Source of the DNA: Acidimicrobiia bacterium
GTDB lineage: Bacteria; Actinomycetota; Acidimicrobiia; UBA2766
Length of the DNA: 64,000 bases
Assembly (NCBI GenBank): GCA_019695375.1
Contig: JAIBAC010000001.1
Span: 25,638-89,637, forward strand
Direction of reading: 5' to 3'
Shown: in pieces, positions 1 through 9,612 of the stretch
Layout: each line of letters starts with the position of its first letter
How positions within the stretch are numbered: the first letter of the stretch is position 1
Position numbers and translations under genes: made by a program
The notes under the pieces: model-generated
Seen by the model: only the letters and a program-made list of their open reading frames with translations
The model's database searches: none
Told to the model about the DNA's origin: nothing

Positions 1-231
1 ACACCGGTCGTGTGCAGCGACGACGCCGCTGTGCGCGAGGTCGCCGGGAGTGCCGCGCTGGTGGTCGGGTCGACTGATTCGGGGGCCTGGACCGCAGCGC
101 TGGGGTCGGTACTCGATGACGCGGCGGAGGCACGCCGCCTTGCGGAGGCCGGGCGGACGCGGGCCGGCGAGTTCGACTGGTCCCGCTGCGCGGCCGCCAC
201 GCTCGCCGTCTACCGCGCTGTGGCGCGGTAG
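1..231 (+). CDS. glycosyltransferase (group 1) C-terminal fragment, 5' end outside window
   Basis: In-frame ORF running from window edge to stop at 229-231; C-terminal region typical of GT-B glycosyltransferases; strong GC3 bias. Confidence 0.5.
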   Translation, partial: TPVVCSDDAAVREVAGSAALVVGSTDSGAWTAALGSVLDDAAEARRLAEAGRTRAGEFDWSRCAAATLAVYRAVAR

Positions 232-527
232 CGCCGGCGCAGGAGCGCGCCTACTTGCTCAGGTCGTTGACCTCGACGGCGAGGATCACGTCGGCGGGGA
301 TCATGATCGTGCTGCCGCCGCTGAAGAGCAGGTGCAGCCACCCTTCGTCCGTCTCGTACTCGGTGACCCTGCCGCGGTCCGAGCCGATGAACTGCGGACC
401 CATCTGGGGGTCCTTGAAGTGAACCGTGATGCGTTCGCCGCTCTCGAGCTTCTGCACGCGCTGGTCCTCGATTCCTCGTCGCTGTCGAGCGGGCGATGTT
501 ACCGGCGGCGTACGCCGCCGTGGGGGG

Positions 528-1742
528 TCATGTCGTGGCGGCCTCGACGCTGCCGCTGCGGCGCTTGAACCAGCGCGGCGGGAAGTCCCACCCCTCGCAA
601 CGGGCGAACACGGCCACGAAAGCCACGAGGATCGGGGTCGCGACGGCCGCGACGACCACCTGGCGCAGGATGATCGGCCAGCCGGTCAGGGTCGGCCACG
701 CCCCCACCCAGTGCACCGTCCACCACGCCAGCGAGTAGGCGAGCATGTGCCAGATGTAGATCGTGTAGTTGTTCGTCGCCATGTAGTCGACGAAGGGCCG
801 CACGCCCCGCACGCTCGAGAACCTCGTGAGCGACTCGCGTGCCCAGACGAGCAGGAGCATGGCGGCGCTGCCCCCCATCAGGTACGCCGCCGTGGGTGGG
901 AACTGGTTGCCGTCGTTGGCGGTCCCGAAGAGGTAGTCGGGGTAGGGGCCCGCGACCATGACCACGGTCGCGAGCGTGCAGACCGCGGCGCCGGGCAGGA
1001 GCCAGCGCCGCACCTTCTCGTACTCGCGGTCGATGTAGAAGAACCCGATGTAGGCGAAGAACGTCCACGTGGTCAGGATCCGCGCGAGGAGGAGCAGCGG
1101 TAGCCCTCCCAGCACCTTCTGGCCCAGGTCGCACGCGAGCGTCGTGCCCGCGAGCAGGACGGGGAACAGGTACTTGAGGCGCCTGCGCTGGTAGATGCGG
1201 GCGGCCCCCGGCATCACGAGCGTGATGAACATCAGCGCCGTGAGGAACCAAAAGGGAGCCTGCGTCACCCCGAGGCAGTCGAAGTGCGGGTACGGCATCA
1301 CCCACGAGAGCGCCTTGAGCGGGTTCATCGTGAACCACATCTCCGTGCTCCGGAGTGCGGGGTCGCCGCAGGCGCCGACCTTGGCCGCCCACAGCGTGAG
1401 CTCGAGCACGACCATCACGGCGGCGAACACGAAATAGGGGATCAGGAGTCGCTTGAAGCGGCGCGCGTAGTAGGTGCGCACGGACCCGAGGGCGCTCTTC
1501 TTGCTCAGCGCCCCCACCATCCCGAACCACATGGGCATGACGAACACGAGGATCCACGACATCCACGGCGCCTGGAAGTACCTGTCGATCCCGATCGAGT
1601 TGAGCCCGTTGTCCTGTACGACGAGGAAGAACCAGTGCGCGACGACGACGAGGAAGATCATCAGCGCCTGCGAGAACGTGACGAAGCGGTCCCGTTCGCG
1701 TGGCGGTGAGGACACGGCGGGCAGGTCGGGCGTTGCAGTCAT
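528..1742 (-). CDS. acyltransferase 3 family integral membrane protein
   Basis: Multi-TM protein with acyltransferase_3-like hydrophobic profile; start chosen at ATG 1742 (MTATPDLP...) inside longer ORF 528..1817. Confidence 0.7.
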   Translation of the reverse strand: MTATPDLPAVSSPPRERDRFVTFSQALMIFLVVVAHWFFLVVQDNGLNSIGIDRYFQAPWMSWILVFVMPMWFGMVGALSKKSALGSVRTYYARRFKRLLIPYFVFAAVMVVLELTLWAAKVGACGDPALRSTEMWFTMNPLKALSWVMPYPHFDCLGVTQAPFWFLTALMFITLVMPGAARIYQRRRLKYLFPVLLAGTTLACDLGQKVLGGLPLLLLARILTTWTFFAYIGFFYIDREYEKVRRWLLPGAAVCTLATVVMVAGPYPDYLFGTANDGNQFPPTAAYLMGGSAAMLLLVWARESLTRFSSVRGVRPFVDYMATNNYTIYIWHMLAYSLAWWTVHWVGAWPTLTGWPIILRQVVVAAVATPILVAFVAVFARCEGWDFPPRWFKRRSGSVEAATT

Positions 1743-1780
1743 CGGCGCGTACCTTCCGCCACCACCCCGGGATCTCCTGC

Positions 1781-1903
1781 CCCCGACGTGGGGACGTGAA
1801 ACGCCCTCACACACCACTTCGCGTCCCCACGTCGATGCCGACCCCCGACGTGGGGACGTGAAACGCCCTCACACACCACTTCGCGTCCCCACGTCGATGC
1901 CGG
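1781..1903. repeat. two perfect tandem copies of a ~62-bp unit, each containing a 13-bp inverted repeat (CGACGTGGGGACG / CGTCCCCACGTCG) around a 25-nt loop
   Basis: Direct reading: unit 1781-1841 repeated 1843-1903; intergenic between lipoprotein stop (1911) and acyltransferase start (1742). Confidence 0.9.
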
Positions 1904-1910
1904 GGGCACG

Positions 1911-2375
1911 TCAGCGGGCGGTGCCGAGCTCAGCGGAGCACTGTTCGGCCGCCTTCTGCACGGCCGGGTCCTGCGCGAGCTGAGCGAGAGCGGCTTCGTC
2001 GTAGGAGACCCGCCCACCGGAGTCGACGTTGGGCGACGGCACGGCGATCCCCTTGGTGCGCAGGCAGTCCACCATCGCGTCGATGGAGGCATCACCTCCG
2101 CTGCCCGACGACGACTTCGACGACGGCGAAGAGGGCGACGACGAGGACGAGGACGACGGCGGCGGCGAACCGGAGCGGTTCGTGGGCGCCGGCTGGACCA
2201 GGGTCGACGCGGCCGTGGTCGTGGTGTTGATCACCTCGACCGGAGTCCCCGGTTTCGTGGTGGTGGTGACCGGTTCCGCCCCCAACCGCCCGTCCGGGGC
2301 CGCTCCGCACGCGGCGGCCGCGAACACCGCTGCGAGCCCCAGCGCCAGCCCGGCCGCGGCACGCCCCCGGCTCAT
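1911..2375 (-). CDS. putative lipoprotein with poly-Ser/Pro linker
   Basis: N-term MSRGRAAAGLALGLAAVFAAAACG has signal peptide plus Cys lipobox-like; Ser-rich low complexity; ATGA overlap with upstream HAD gene. Confidence 0.6.
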   Translation of the reverse strand: MSRGRAAAGLALGLAAVFAAAACGAAPDGRLGAEPVTTTTKPGTPVEVINTTTTAASTLVQPAPTNRSGSPPPSSSSSSSPSSPSSKSSSGSGGDASIDAMVDCLRTKGIAVPSPNVDSGGRVSYDEAALAQLAQDPAVQKAAEQCSAELGTAR

Positions 2376-2965
2376 CGGACCCACACCGCGTGGCTGGCGG
2401 CCTCGAGGAGATCGGAGTCGCCCGCGGAGTCCCCGTAGGCCCAGAGCTCGACCGCGTCGACGGACTCGCCCAGCCACTCCTCGAGTCGTGCGACCTTCGC
2501 GGGCCCGCGCACGTTGCCGCCGGCCATGACCCCGGTGAGCACCCCGTCGCGCGCCTCCAGTTCGACTGCGCAAACGCCGTCGAAGCCGAGCGCGGCACCG
2601 ACATGGCGCAGGTAGACGTCGAGCGAGGCGGACACGACCACCAGCTCGTCCCCGCGGCGGCGATGCTCCTCGACGCGGCCGACCGTGTCAGCGCGCAGGC
2701 GGCGTTGCAGGATCTCGGTCGCGAACTCCGCTCCCATCGCCTCGACGTCGACGGCGCTGCGACCGCGCAGGACGCGTGCGAAGACCGCCGCCTTCAGCTC
2801 GTCACGGCTCGTACGCCCCGTGGCGACCCCGAGCAGGCGCGGGAGCTCGGCGGCCATGGCGGCCAGGAAGCGCCACACGCCCGCGACCCGCACCAGGAAC
2901 GGCACGAGGCAGTCGCGCTTGCTCAGCGTCCCGTCGAAGTCGAACGCAGCAACGTGCCGTGGCAC
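2372..2965 (-). CDS. HAD-superfamily hydrolase (HAD-IB / phosphoserine-phosphatase-like)
   Basis: N-terminal DFDGTL motif (FDFDGTLS), C-terminal GDSAGD motif; sits immediately downstream of dprE2. Confidence 0.75.
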   Translation of the reverse strand: MPRHVAAFDFDGTLSKRDCLVPFLVRVAGVWRFLAAMAAELPRLLGVATGRTSRDELKAAVFARVLRGRSAVDVEAMGAEFATEILQRRLRADTVGRVEEHRRRGDELVVVSASLDVYLRHVGAALGFDGVCAVELEARDGVLTGVMAGGNVRGPAKVARLEEWLGESVDAVELWAYGDSAGDSDLLEAASHAVWVR

Positions 2966-2972
2966 CGCGACC

Positions 2973-3743
2973 TCAGATCGGCAGGCGGCGGAACACGGCG
3001 CGGGGCATGTGACGCAAGCCGCTCATCACCCACCGGAACAGGGGCGGCGCCCACACGATCTCCTTGCCGGTGGCGACGCCTTCGACGATGATCCGCGCCA
3101 CGTCGCCGGCATCGACGGCGAGCGGTGCAGCAGCCATGCCGGCCGTCATCTTGGTCTTGACGAAGCCAGGCCGCACGATCAGCACCCGTGCACCGGTGCC
3201 CTGCAGGCGGTCCTGAAGCCCCTGGGCCACGTAGTCGAGGCCCACCTTGGACGCGCCGTAGACGAAGTTCGACCTGCGCGGTCTCTCCGCCGCTGCCGAC
3301 GACATCACGACCGCGGTGCCGTGGCCTTGCTGCTCGAGGCGGTTCGCGATCGGCATCAGCAGCGAAACCGCTCCCGTGAGGTTCGTTCGCAGTTCGGCGA
3401 GGGCGGCTCGTGCATCGCGGGAGTTGCGGTCCTGGTCGCCGAGCACACCCCAGGCGAGATGGACGACGTCGAAGTCGCCGTAGTGGCCGAACACGCCGTC
3501 GACGAAGCGCTGGTGCTCGTCGGGGTCTGCCCACGCGTCGAAGCCCACGACCTCGGCCGTGGCGGCGCCGGCGGCGCGCAGCGCGGCCGCGTTCTCCTCT
3601 GCCGCGGCCTTGTCGCTCTCGAGGGCCGCGAGGACGACGACGCGGGCTCCGCGCTCGACGAACGCGAGCGCCGTGGCGCGGGCGATGTCGGATGCTCCTC
3701 CGAGGACGAGGAGCGAGTCGACTTTGCCGAGGGCGTCTTGCAT
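2973..3743 (-). CDS. dprE2: decaprenylphospho-2-keto-ribose 2-reductase DprE2-like short-chain dehydrogenase
   Basis: SDR Rossmann motif GGASDIARA, 256 aa, immediately downstream of DprE1 homolog as in mycobacterial Rv3790-Rv3791. Confidence 0.8.
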   Translation of the reverse strand: MQDALGKVDSLLVLGGASDIARATALAFVERGARVVVLAALESDKAAAEENAAALRAAGAATAEVVGFDAWADPDEHQRFVDGVFGHYGDFDVVHLAWGVLGDQDRNSRDARAALAELRTNLTGAVSLLMPIANRLEQQGHGTAVVMSSAAAERPRRSNFVYGASKVGLDYVAQGLQDRLQGTGARVLIVRPGFVKTKMTAGMAAAPLAVDAGDVARIIVEGVATGKEIVWAPPLFRWVMSGLRHMPRAVFRRLPI

Positions 3744-3776
3744 GGCTGTGTCTTCCGATCTCGGGTCGGGGACGGG

Positions 3777-5144
3777 TCAGACGAGGCGGAGCCTGCGTGC
3801 GAGGTCGGAGCGCATGACCCCGTCGGGATCGAGCTTCGCGCGCACCTCACGCCAGCGGTCCAGCTCTGGGTACATCGCCGCGAACACGTCGGGGTCGACG
3901 CGGCTGTCCTTCGCCAGGTAGATGCGCCCACCGGCTGCGAGCACGTGCTGGTCGAGCTCGTCGAGCATCGCGGCGAGGCCACGGGTGCGTGTGGGGATGT
4001 CGAGGGTCAGCGTCCATCCCTCCATCGGGAAGCTGAGCATCCCCGCGTTCGCGCGCCCGAAGCGCTTGAGCACCGTCACCGGCGATGCGGCACCGCCGTG
4101 GGCGAGGCGTTCCACGGCATACCGGACCGTCGCCTCGGCCCCGAACGGCACGACGAACTGGTACTGCAGGAACCCGCGTGGCCCGTAGAGGCGGTTCCAG
4201 TCCGTGACCCCGTCGAGGGGATGGAAGTACGCGGGCACGGATTCGACGGCGGTTCGCGGGTTGCGCGGCGATTTCGTGTACCACGCCCAGTTGAACGCGC
4301 CGATCGAGAAGCGGTTGACGACTCCGACCGGCAACGGCGGCACCTGCACGCGCTCGGGGGCCGAGTAGTCGAGCGGCTCGTGCCGTCGCGCGGGTTCGAG
4401 GTCGTCGAGGCGCGTGTGCTCTGCGTGCATGAGGATCCCGCGCCCGAGGTTCGCTCCCGTGGCCAGCGAGTCGAACCAGGCCACCGCGTAGCGGTGACCC
4501 GCGTCGGTGGCCTCCATGGTCTCCATGAGCTCGTCCAGATGCGGGATCCGCCGCGTGGCGACGGTCATGTAGGCGGTTTCGACGGGGACGAGCTGCAGCA
4601 CAGCACGGGTCACGATCCCCGTCAGCCCCATCCCACCCGCCGTCGCCCAGAACACCTCCGGGTTGGTCGCGGCCGAGACCCCGGTGTAGGTGCCCGATGG
4701 TGCGAGCAGGTCGAACGAGACGACGTGGTCGCAGAAGCTCCCGTCGACGTGGTGGTTCTTGCCGTGGATGTCGGCGGCGATCGCGCCGCCGACGGTGACG
4801 TTGCGGGTGCCTGGCAGCACCGGCGGGAACCAACCGTGGGGGATGACGAGCTCCATGAGCTTGTCGAGGCCGAGGCCGGCGTCGACCTCCACGACGCCGG
4901 TCTCCCAGTCGGCGGCCACGGCGCAGTCGAGGCTCGTCATGTCGACGACGGCGCCGCCGGCGTTCTGAGCGGCATCGCCGTAGGAGCGCCCGAGCCCGCG
5001 GGCGATGATCCCACGCGGCCCGGCGGCGGCTAGTGCGCGCGAGACGTCGTCGCCGACGGCCGGCAGCACGACATCGGCACCTGTCGGGACGGTGCGGCCC
5101 CAGCCCGAGAGCGCGCGGCGCCGCGAGGCGGCCTCACTTGACAT
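3777..5144 (-). CDS. dprE1: decaprenylphosphoryl-beta-D-ribose oxidase DprE1 (FAD-linked)
   Basis: 455 aa FAD-binding PCMH-type oxidase; N-term LSGWGRT motif and overall similarity to DprE1 family. Confidence 0.85.
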   Translation of the reverse strand: MSSEAASRRRALSGWGRTVPTGADVVLPAVGDDVSRALAAAGPRGIIARGLGRSYGDAAQNAGGAVVDMTSLDCAVAADWETGVVEVDAGLGLDKLMELVIPHGWFPPVLPGTRNVTVGGAIAADIHGKNHHVDGSFCDHVVSFDLLAPSGTYTGVSAATNPEVFWATAGGMGLTGIVTRAVLQLVPVETAYMTVATRRIPHLDELMETMEATDAGHRYAVAWFDSLATGANLGRGILMHAEHTRLDDLEPARRHEPLDYSAPERVQVPPLPVGVVNRFSIGAFNWAWYTKSPRNPRTAVESVPAYFHPLDGVTDWNRLYGPRGFLQYQFVVPFGAEATVRYAVERLAHGGAASPVTVLKRFGRANAGMLSFPMEGWTLTLDIPTRTRGLAAMLDELDQHVLAAGGRIYLAKDSRVDPDVFAAMYPELDRWREVRAKLDPDGVMRSDLARRLRLV

Positions 5145-6159
5145 ACAGGCCCACCGCGAAACAGCCGAGCCACACGAGCCCGATCACCTGCAGCATGCGG
5201 TCGCCGAGGATTACCTCCTCGGGCGCGCCGCCGCGACCCTGGTCGCACACCATCGCGTACCGGAACAGGGCGAGCAGGAACGGCGCGATCGAGAGCTGGA
5301 ACCAGATGGCACCGCCGATCTCGTCGGCGCGCTCGAAGGCCCACAGGCAGTAGGCGGAGATGCAGACCGCGGAGGACACCGTGCGCATGTGGTTGAGGAG
5401 GTCGACGGAGTAGTCCGCGAGGGCGGCTCGCGTCTTGGTGGCGGAGTCCTCACCGACGTCGTGCAGTTCGGCGCGCCTCTTGGCGACGACCATGAACAAC
5501 GATCCGAACGAGGTCACGATGATGAACCACTGCGAGATCGGCACTCCCGTCGCGACGCCGCCTGCGAGGGCGCGCAGTATGAACCCGGCGGCGACCACCG
5601 CGATGTCGAGCAGCGCGATGTGCTTCATCCAGATGCTGTAGTTCAACGTCAGCGTCAGGTAGACGGCGATCACGACGCCGAGCTGCCACGTGCCGAAGCC
5701 AAACGCGAGGCCGACAGCGGCGGCCATGAGGCCGACTCCCACGGTCCAGCCCAGCCACAGCGGCACGATGCCTGCGGCGATCGGCCGGTGCCGTTTGCGC
5801 GGATGGTGGCGGTCGGCGTCGACGTCACGTGCGTCGTTGACGAAATACGTGCCCGACGCAGCGAGCGAGAAGACGACGAACGCGAGCACTGCGTCCACGA
5901 GGACGTCGCGGTCGAGCAGCATCCCGGCGGCTCCGGGCGCCGCGAACACGAGGACGTTCTTGACCCACTGCTTGGGGCGCGCTTCTCGCAGGAGGCCGCC
6001 TGCGAGTGTGTCCTTCCACGTCCGCGCCGTCTCGGGCCGGGGTGTGGCGGGGACACCCGCCACGTCGACGTCGGGGGCGGTGTCGGTGGTCATGGGGTCA
6101 TCGGGGGGCGGCGCGGGCTGGTCGCGGTGCGAAGGTGGCTTCGGCACCGGCGAGTTCAT
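5134..6159 (-). CDS. decaprenyl-phosphate phosphoribosyltransferase (UbiA prenyltransferase family, Rv3806c-like)
   Basis: UbiA-family membrane protein with NDxxDxxxD motif (FVNDARDVDADRHH); start set at ATG 6159 (AGGA-like RBS), alternative ATG 6093. Confidence 0.75.
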   Translation of the reverse strand: MNSPVPKPPSHRDQPAPPPDDPMTTDTAPDVDVAGVPATPRPETARTWKDTLAGGLLREARPKQWVKNVLVFAAPGAAGMLLDRDVLVDAVLAFVVFSLAASGTYFVNDARDVDADRHHPRKRHRPIAAGIVPLWLGWTVGVGLMAAAVGLAFGFGTWQLGVVIAVYLTLTLNYSIWMKHIALLDIAVVAAGFILRALAGGVATGVPISQWFIIVTSFGSLFMVVAKRRAELHDVGEDSATKTRAALADYSVDLLNHMRTVSSAVCISAYCLWAFERADEIGGAIWFQLSIAPFLLALFRYAMVCDQGRGGAPEEVILGDRMLQVIGLVWLGCFAVGLYVK

Positions 6160-6184
6160 GTCCTGCCCGTGCTCGCCGGCGCGT

Positions 6185-7252
6185 TCACAGCCCGAGCCGT
6201 TCGGCGACGACTTCGAGGTCGGGTGCGACTGCGTCTGGCACCGCGATCTCCTGCACGACACGGTCGGGGTCTTTGAGGCCGTGACCCGTGAGCGTCGCGA
6301 CGATGACCGCATCCGCGGGCACTTCGCCACGTCCTGCCTTCTGCAGCAGCAGGGCGACACCGGCCGCCGACGCCGGCTCGCAGAACACGCCTTCCGTGTC
6401 GGCGAGGAGGCGGTAGGCGGCGAGGATCTCGGCGTCGGTCACGGATTCGATGGTGCCGCCTGAGCTGTCACGGGCGTCGAGCGCACCCTGCCACGACGCC
6501 GGGTTCCCGATGCGGATCGCTGTCGCGATCGTCTGCGGGCTCGCAACCGCCTCGCCGCGCACGATCGGCGCGGCGCCGGCAGCCTGCGCACCCCACATGG
6601 CAGGACGGTCCGGCCCGTCGAGGCCGGCCGTCTCGTACGCCTCGACGGCTTCGGTGTAGCCGAGCCAGGCTGCCGTTATGTTGCCTGCGTTGCCGACGGG
6701 CATCACGTGCACGTCCGGTACGCGACCGAGGGCGTCGATGATCTCGAACGCGACCGTCTTCTGGCCCTCGATGCGAAGCGGGTTCACAGAGTTGACCAGT
6801 GCAACCGACTCGAGCTCACCGAGCTTGCGCGCGATCGTGAGGGCGTCGTCGAAGTTGCCCTCGATCGGGATAACGGTGGCGCCGTGGATGAGGGCCTGCG
6901 CGAGCTTGCCGAGCGCGATGTTGCCGTCGGGTATGACGACGCCGCATCGCAGACCCGCGCGGCACGCGTACGCGGCGGCCGACGCCGATGTGTTCCCCGT
7001 CGATGCGCACACGACCGCGCTGGCGCCGGTGGCAACGGCACCGCTGACCGCCACGCACATCCCGCGGTCCTTGAACGAGCCTGTCGGGTTCATGCCCTCG
7101 AACTTCAAGTAGAGGCGCGCCCCGATCCGGGCGCCGAGGCGCGGCGCAGGGATCAGCGGTGTGTCGCCCTCCAGCAGGGTGATCGCGGGCGCATCGGCGG
7201 GCAGGCGCGAGAGGCGGCCGCGGAACTCGTCCACCACCCCGCGCCAGGCCAT
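6185..7252 (-). CDS. thrC: threonine synthase
   Basis: PLP-binding motif FEGMNPTGSFKDRG; 355 aa; 1-nt overlap with hom stop. Confidence 0.9.
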   Translation of the reverse strand: MAWRGVVDEFRGRLSRLPADAPAITLLEGDTPLIPAPRLGARIGARLYLKFEGMNPTGSFKDRGMCVAVSGAVATGASAVVCASTGNTSASAAAYACRAGLRCGVVIPDGNIALGKLAQALIHGATVIPIEGNFDDALTIARKLGELESVALVNSVNPLRIEGQKTVAFEIIDALGRVPDVHVMPVGNAGNITAAWLGYTEAVEAYETAGLDGPDRPAMWGAQAAGAAPIVRGEAVASPQTIATAIRIGNPASWQGALDARDSSGGTIESVTDAEILAAYRLLADTEGVFCEPASAAGVALLLQKAGRGEVPADAVIVATLTGHGLKDPDRVVQEIAVPDAVAPDLEVVAERLGL

Positions 7253-8574
7253 CAGGCGTCCTCGTCGGCCACGACACGCATGACGGCGGCGACGTTCTCG
7301 ACGCCGTCGAGACCACCGGCGACGGCCACCGCGGCGTCGACGTCGGCTTCGCGTGAAGCGTGCGTGATCATCACGAGCTCGGCGTCGGCCTCGCGGCCTT
7401 CCTGCAGCACGCTCTTGAGCGACACACCGTGGTCGCCGAAAGCGCGCGCTATCTCGGCGAGCACTCCTGGGCGGTCTTCGACCTCGAGGCGCACGTAGTA
7501 CTGGCTCGTGGCATCGGCGCCGTCCTTGATGCCGTGCAGGGCACGCCGGGAAACGTGGGGGCCACGGGCACCCTGGCGCAGGTTCCTTGCCGCGTCGACC
7601 ACGTCTCCGACGACGGCCATCGCCGTCGGTCCCGCACCGGCGCCGTGGCCGTAGAACATCATGCGTCCCGCTGACTCGCCCTCGACGAAGACCGCGTTGT
7701 AGCTGAGCCGCACGTTCGCGAGCGGATGCGAGTCCGGGATCATCGCCGGGAAGACACGGGCGAGGACGGCGTCGGCGGCCTCGTCGTACTCGGCGACCGC
7801 GAGGAGCTTCACGACGTAGCCGAGTCGGCGTCCGAGCCCGAGGTCGTGCGCATCGATCCCACGGATGCCTTCGGTCGGGACGTCGGTGTCGTGCACCCGC
7901 GTCCCGAACGCGAGCGTCGCGAGGATCGCGGCCTTCTGTGCGGCATCGTGGCCGTCGACGTCGGCGCTCGGCTCGGCCTCGGCGTACCCGAGCGCTTGCG
8001 CGTCGGCGAGCACGGCGTCGAAGCCGGCACCCTCCTCGTCCATGCGCGTGAGGATGTAGTTCGTCGTGCCGTTGACTATTCCCATGACGCGGCGGACGTA
8101 CTCGCCTGCGAGCGTCTCGGTGAGCGGGCGGATGATCGGGATCCCGCCGCCCACCGACGCCTCGTAGAGGAGGTCGACGTTGGCGGCTCGTGCCTTGTCG
8201 AGGAGCGCGGGACCGTCGGCCGCCATGAGCGTCTTGTTCGCGGTCACGACCGGTTTGGACAGGTCGAGCGCCGCGGCCACGAGGCTGCCGGCCGGGTCGG
8301 TGCCGCCCATCACCTCGACGACGAGGTCGATGTCGTCGGCGGCGACGACGGCGGCAGGGTCGTCGGTCAGCACCGTGTCGGGCACCGGCAGGTCGCGTTC
8401 GACGCCGAGGTCGCGAACTGCGATGCGCACCACCTCGACGTCCACGCCCGAATAGCGCGTGATCGCCTCACGGCGCTGGGTGAGGATGCGAACCGATTCC
8501 GCTCCCACGGTGCCGCAGCCGAGGAACCCGACGCGGACGGTTGGCCCGACGTCGTCTGCCGATGCTGTTGTCAC
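7252..8574 (-). CDS. hom: homoserine dehydrogenase with C-terminal ACT domain
   Basis: N-terminal NAD-binding GCGTVG, catalytic domain motifs, C-terminal ACT (YYVRLEVEDRPGVLAEIA). Confidence 0.9.
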   Translation of the reverse strand: MTTASADDVGPTVRVGFLGCGTVGAESVRILTQRREAITRYSGVDVEVVRIAVRDLGVERDLPVPDTVLTDDPAAVVAADDIDLVVEVMGGTDPAGSLVAAALDLSKPVVTANKTLMAADGPALLDKARAANVDLLYEASVGGGIPIIRPLTETLAGEYVRRVMGIVNGTTNYILTRMDEEGAGFDAVLADAQALGYAEAEPSADVDGHDAAQKAAILATLAFGTRVHDTDVPTEGIRGIDAHDLGLGRRLGYVVKLLAVAEYDEAADAVLARVFPAMIPDSHPLANVRLSYNAVFVEGESAGRMMFYGHGAGAGPTAMAVVGDVVDAARNLRQGARGPHVSRRALHGIKDGADATSQYYVRLEVEDRPGVLAEIARAFGDHGVSLKSVLQEGREADAELVMITHASREADVDAAVAVAGGLDGVENVAAVMRVVADEDA

Positions 8575-8577
8575 CCT

Positions 8578-9612
8578 CTACCCCGCGAGATGGACGGAGG
8601 CGATCGCTACCGAGTCGCCCGTGCCGGCGAGCAGGCTACCGGAGACCCCGGTGGCGTCGACCTTCCATCCCTTGATCCGGAACTGAACTCCGTCGAGGTC
8701 GCCGTCGATGTACACGGCGTAGCCGCCGCCGTTCTCCGACAGGATGCCGACGCCGGCACCGCGGCCGCCCTCGCCCTGGGACATCGTGAGGGTCTTGTCG
8801 TCGGGTTTGGTGGGTGGGTTCCAGACGAGCGTCGACAGCAGCGACACGGCGGGCTCCAGCGGAGAGCCGGGCCCCGGTGCAGGCGAGATGGAGAGGACGG
8901 CGGCCGGACCCGTCGGGGGTGGCGGGGTCGCCGGCGTGGGGCCGGTGCGGACGACGGTCGCGCTGCCCTCGGCGCTGCACTTGCCGGCGCCTTCCTCGAC
9001 GTGCACGAGCCACGTGGGCAGGAGCGGCAGTTCGACCCAGTTGAACGTCAGGTTCGCGTCGATGCTGCTCGGAGCCGGCTGGTCTGGCGGCGTCTCGGGT
9101 GATGTGAGCCGCATCTCGATCGCTCGCTCCTCGATCGTCTGGATCACCGCTGTCGTCCTGAGCGTGTCCTTGGCACCACCGGTCACGCGGCCCACCCACG
9201 GCAGTGACTGGCTCACGTCGTCCGCGGTGCCGATCGCCATCGTCGAGCCCGTCTCGGACACGCGCAACTCGAGGCTCGACACGAAGGCCCGCACCGCTTC
9301 GACCTGGGGCGCGTCCACCGGGACCTCGGTCGTGTCGCCCTGGAAGCTCTTGGGGTCGAGGGGGTTCACGATCGCGAGCAGCTCGTCGAGTGAGCCCTTC
9401 ACGTCGATGCGGCACGCTGCGCTGGAGATGCGGACGCCTGTGAGCTGGTAGACGCCGCCGCCTGCGTAGACCCCCGACGCGGGCCGATCTCCGGTGTTCG
9501 TGACAGCGGTGTCGACCGGGCCGTGGATGCGGGTCTGCTCAGGATCGTTGACGCAGGCCGATGCCAGCACGCTGGCGGCGCAGATCACGACGACGGCGTG
9601 GGATGCCTTCAC
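8578..9612 (-). CDS. lipoprotein of unknown function, GTG start overlapping lysA stop
   Basis: Frame with strong GC3 bias starting GTG at 9612 (GTGA overlap with lysA TGA); N-term KASHAVVVICAASVLASAC signal peptide and lipobox; Pro/Thr-rich linker. Confidence 0.6.
   Translation of the reverse strand: MKASHAVVVICAASVLASACVNDPEQTRIHGPVDTAVTNTGDRPASGVYAGGGVYQLTGVRISSAACRIDVKGSLDELLAIVNPLDPKSFQGDTTEVPVDAPQVEAVRAFVSSLELRVSETGSTMAIGTADDVSQSLPWVGRVTGGAKDTLRTTAVIQTIEERAIEMRLTSPETPPDQPAPSSIDANLTFNWVELPLLPTWLVHVEEGAGKCSAEGSATVVRTGPTPATPPPPTGPAAVLSISPAPGPGSPLEPAVSLLSTLVWNPPTKPDDKTLTMSQGEGGRGAGVGILSENGGGYAVYIDGDLDGVQFRIKGWKVDATGVSGSLLAGTGDSVAIASVHLAG

Noticed and set aside
2685-5033. 782-aa plus-strand ORF (and similar giants at 9828..11876, 10477..12174, 36252..38336, 53351..55462 N-terminal part, 8578..10116 N-terminal part)
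   Set aside because: Antisense or out-of-frame to well-supported genes (DprE1/DprE2, lysA, GH4, EtfBA, Mrp, lipoprotein). Their low-complexity Arg/Pro/Gly-rich translations are typical of spurious ORFs in ~70% GC DNA.
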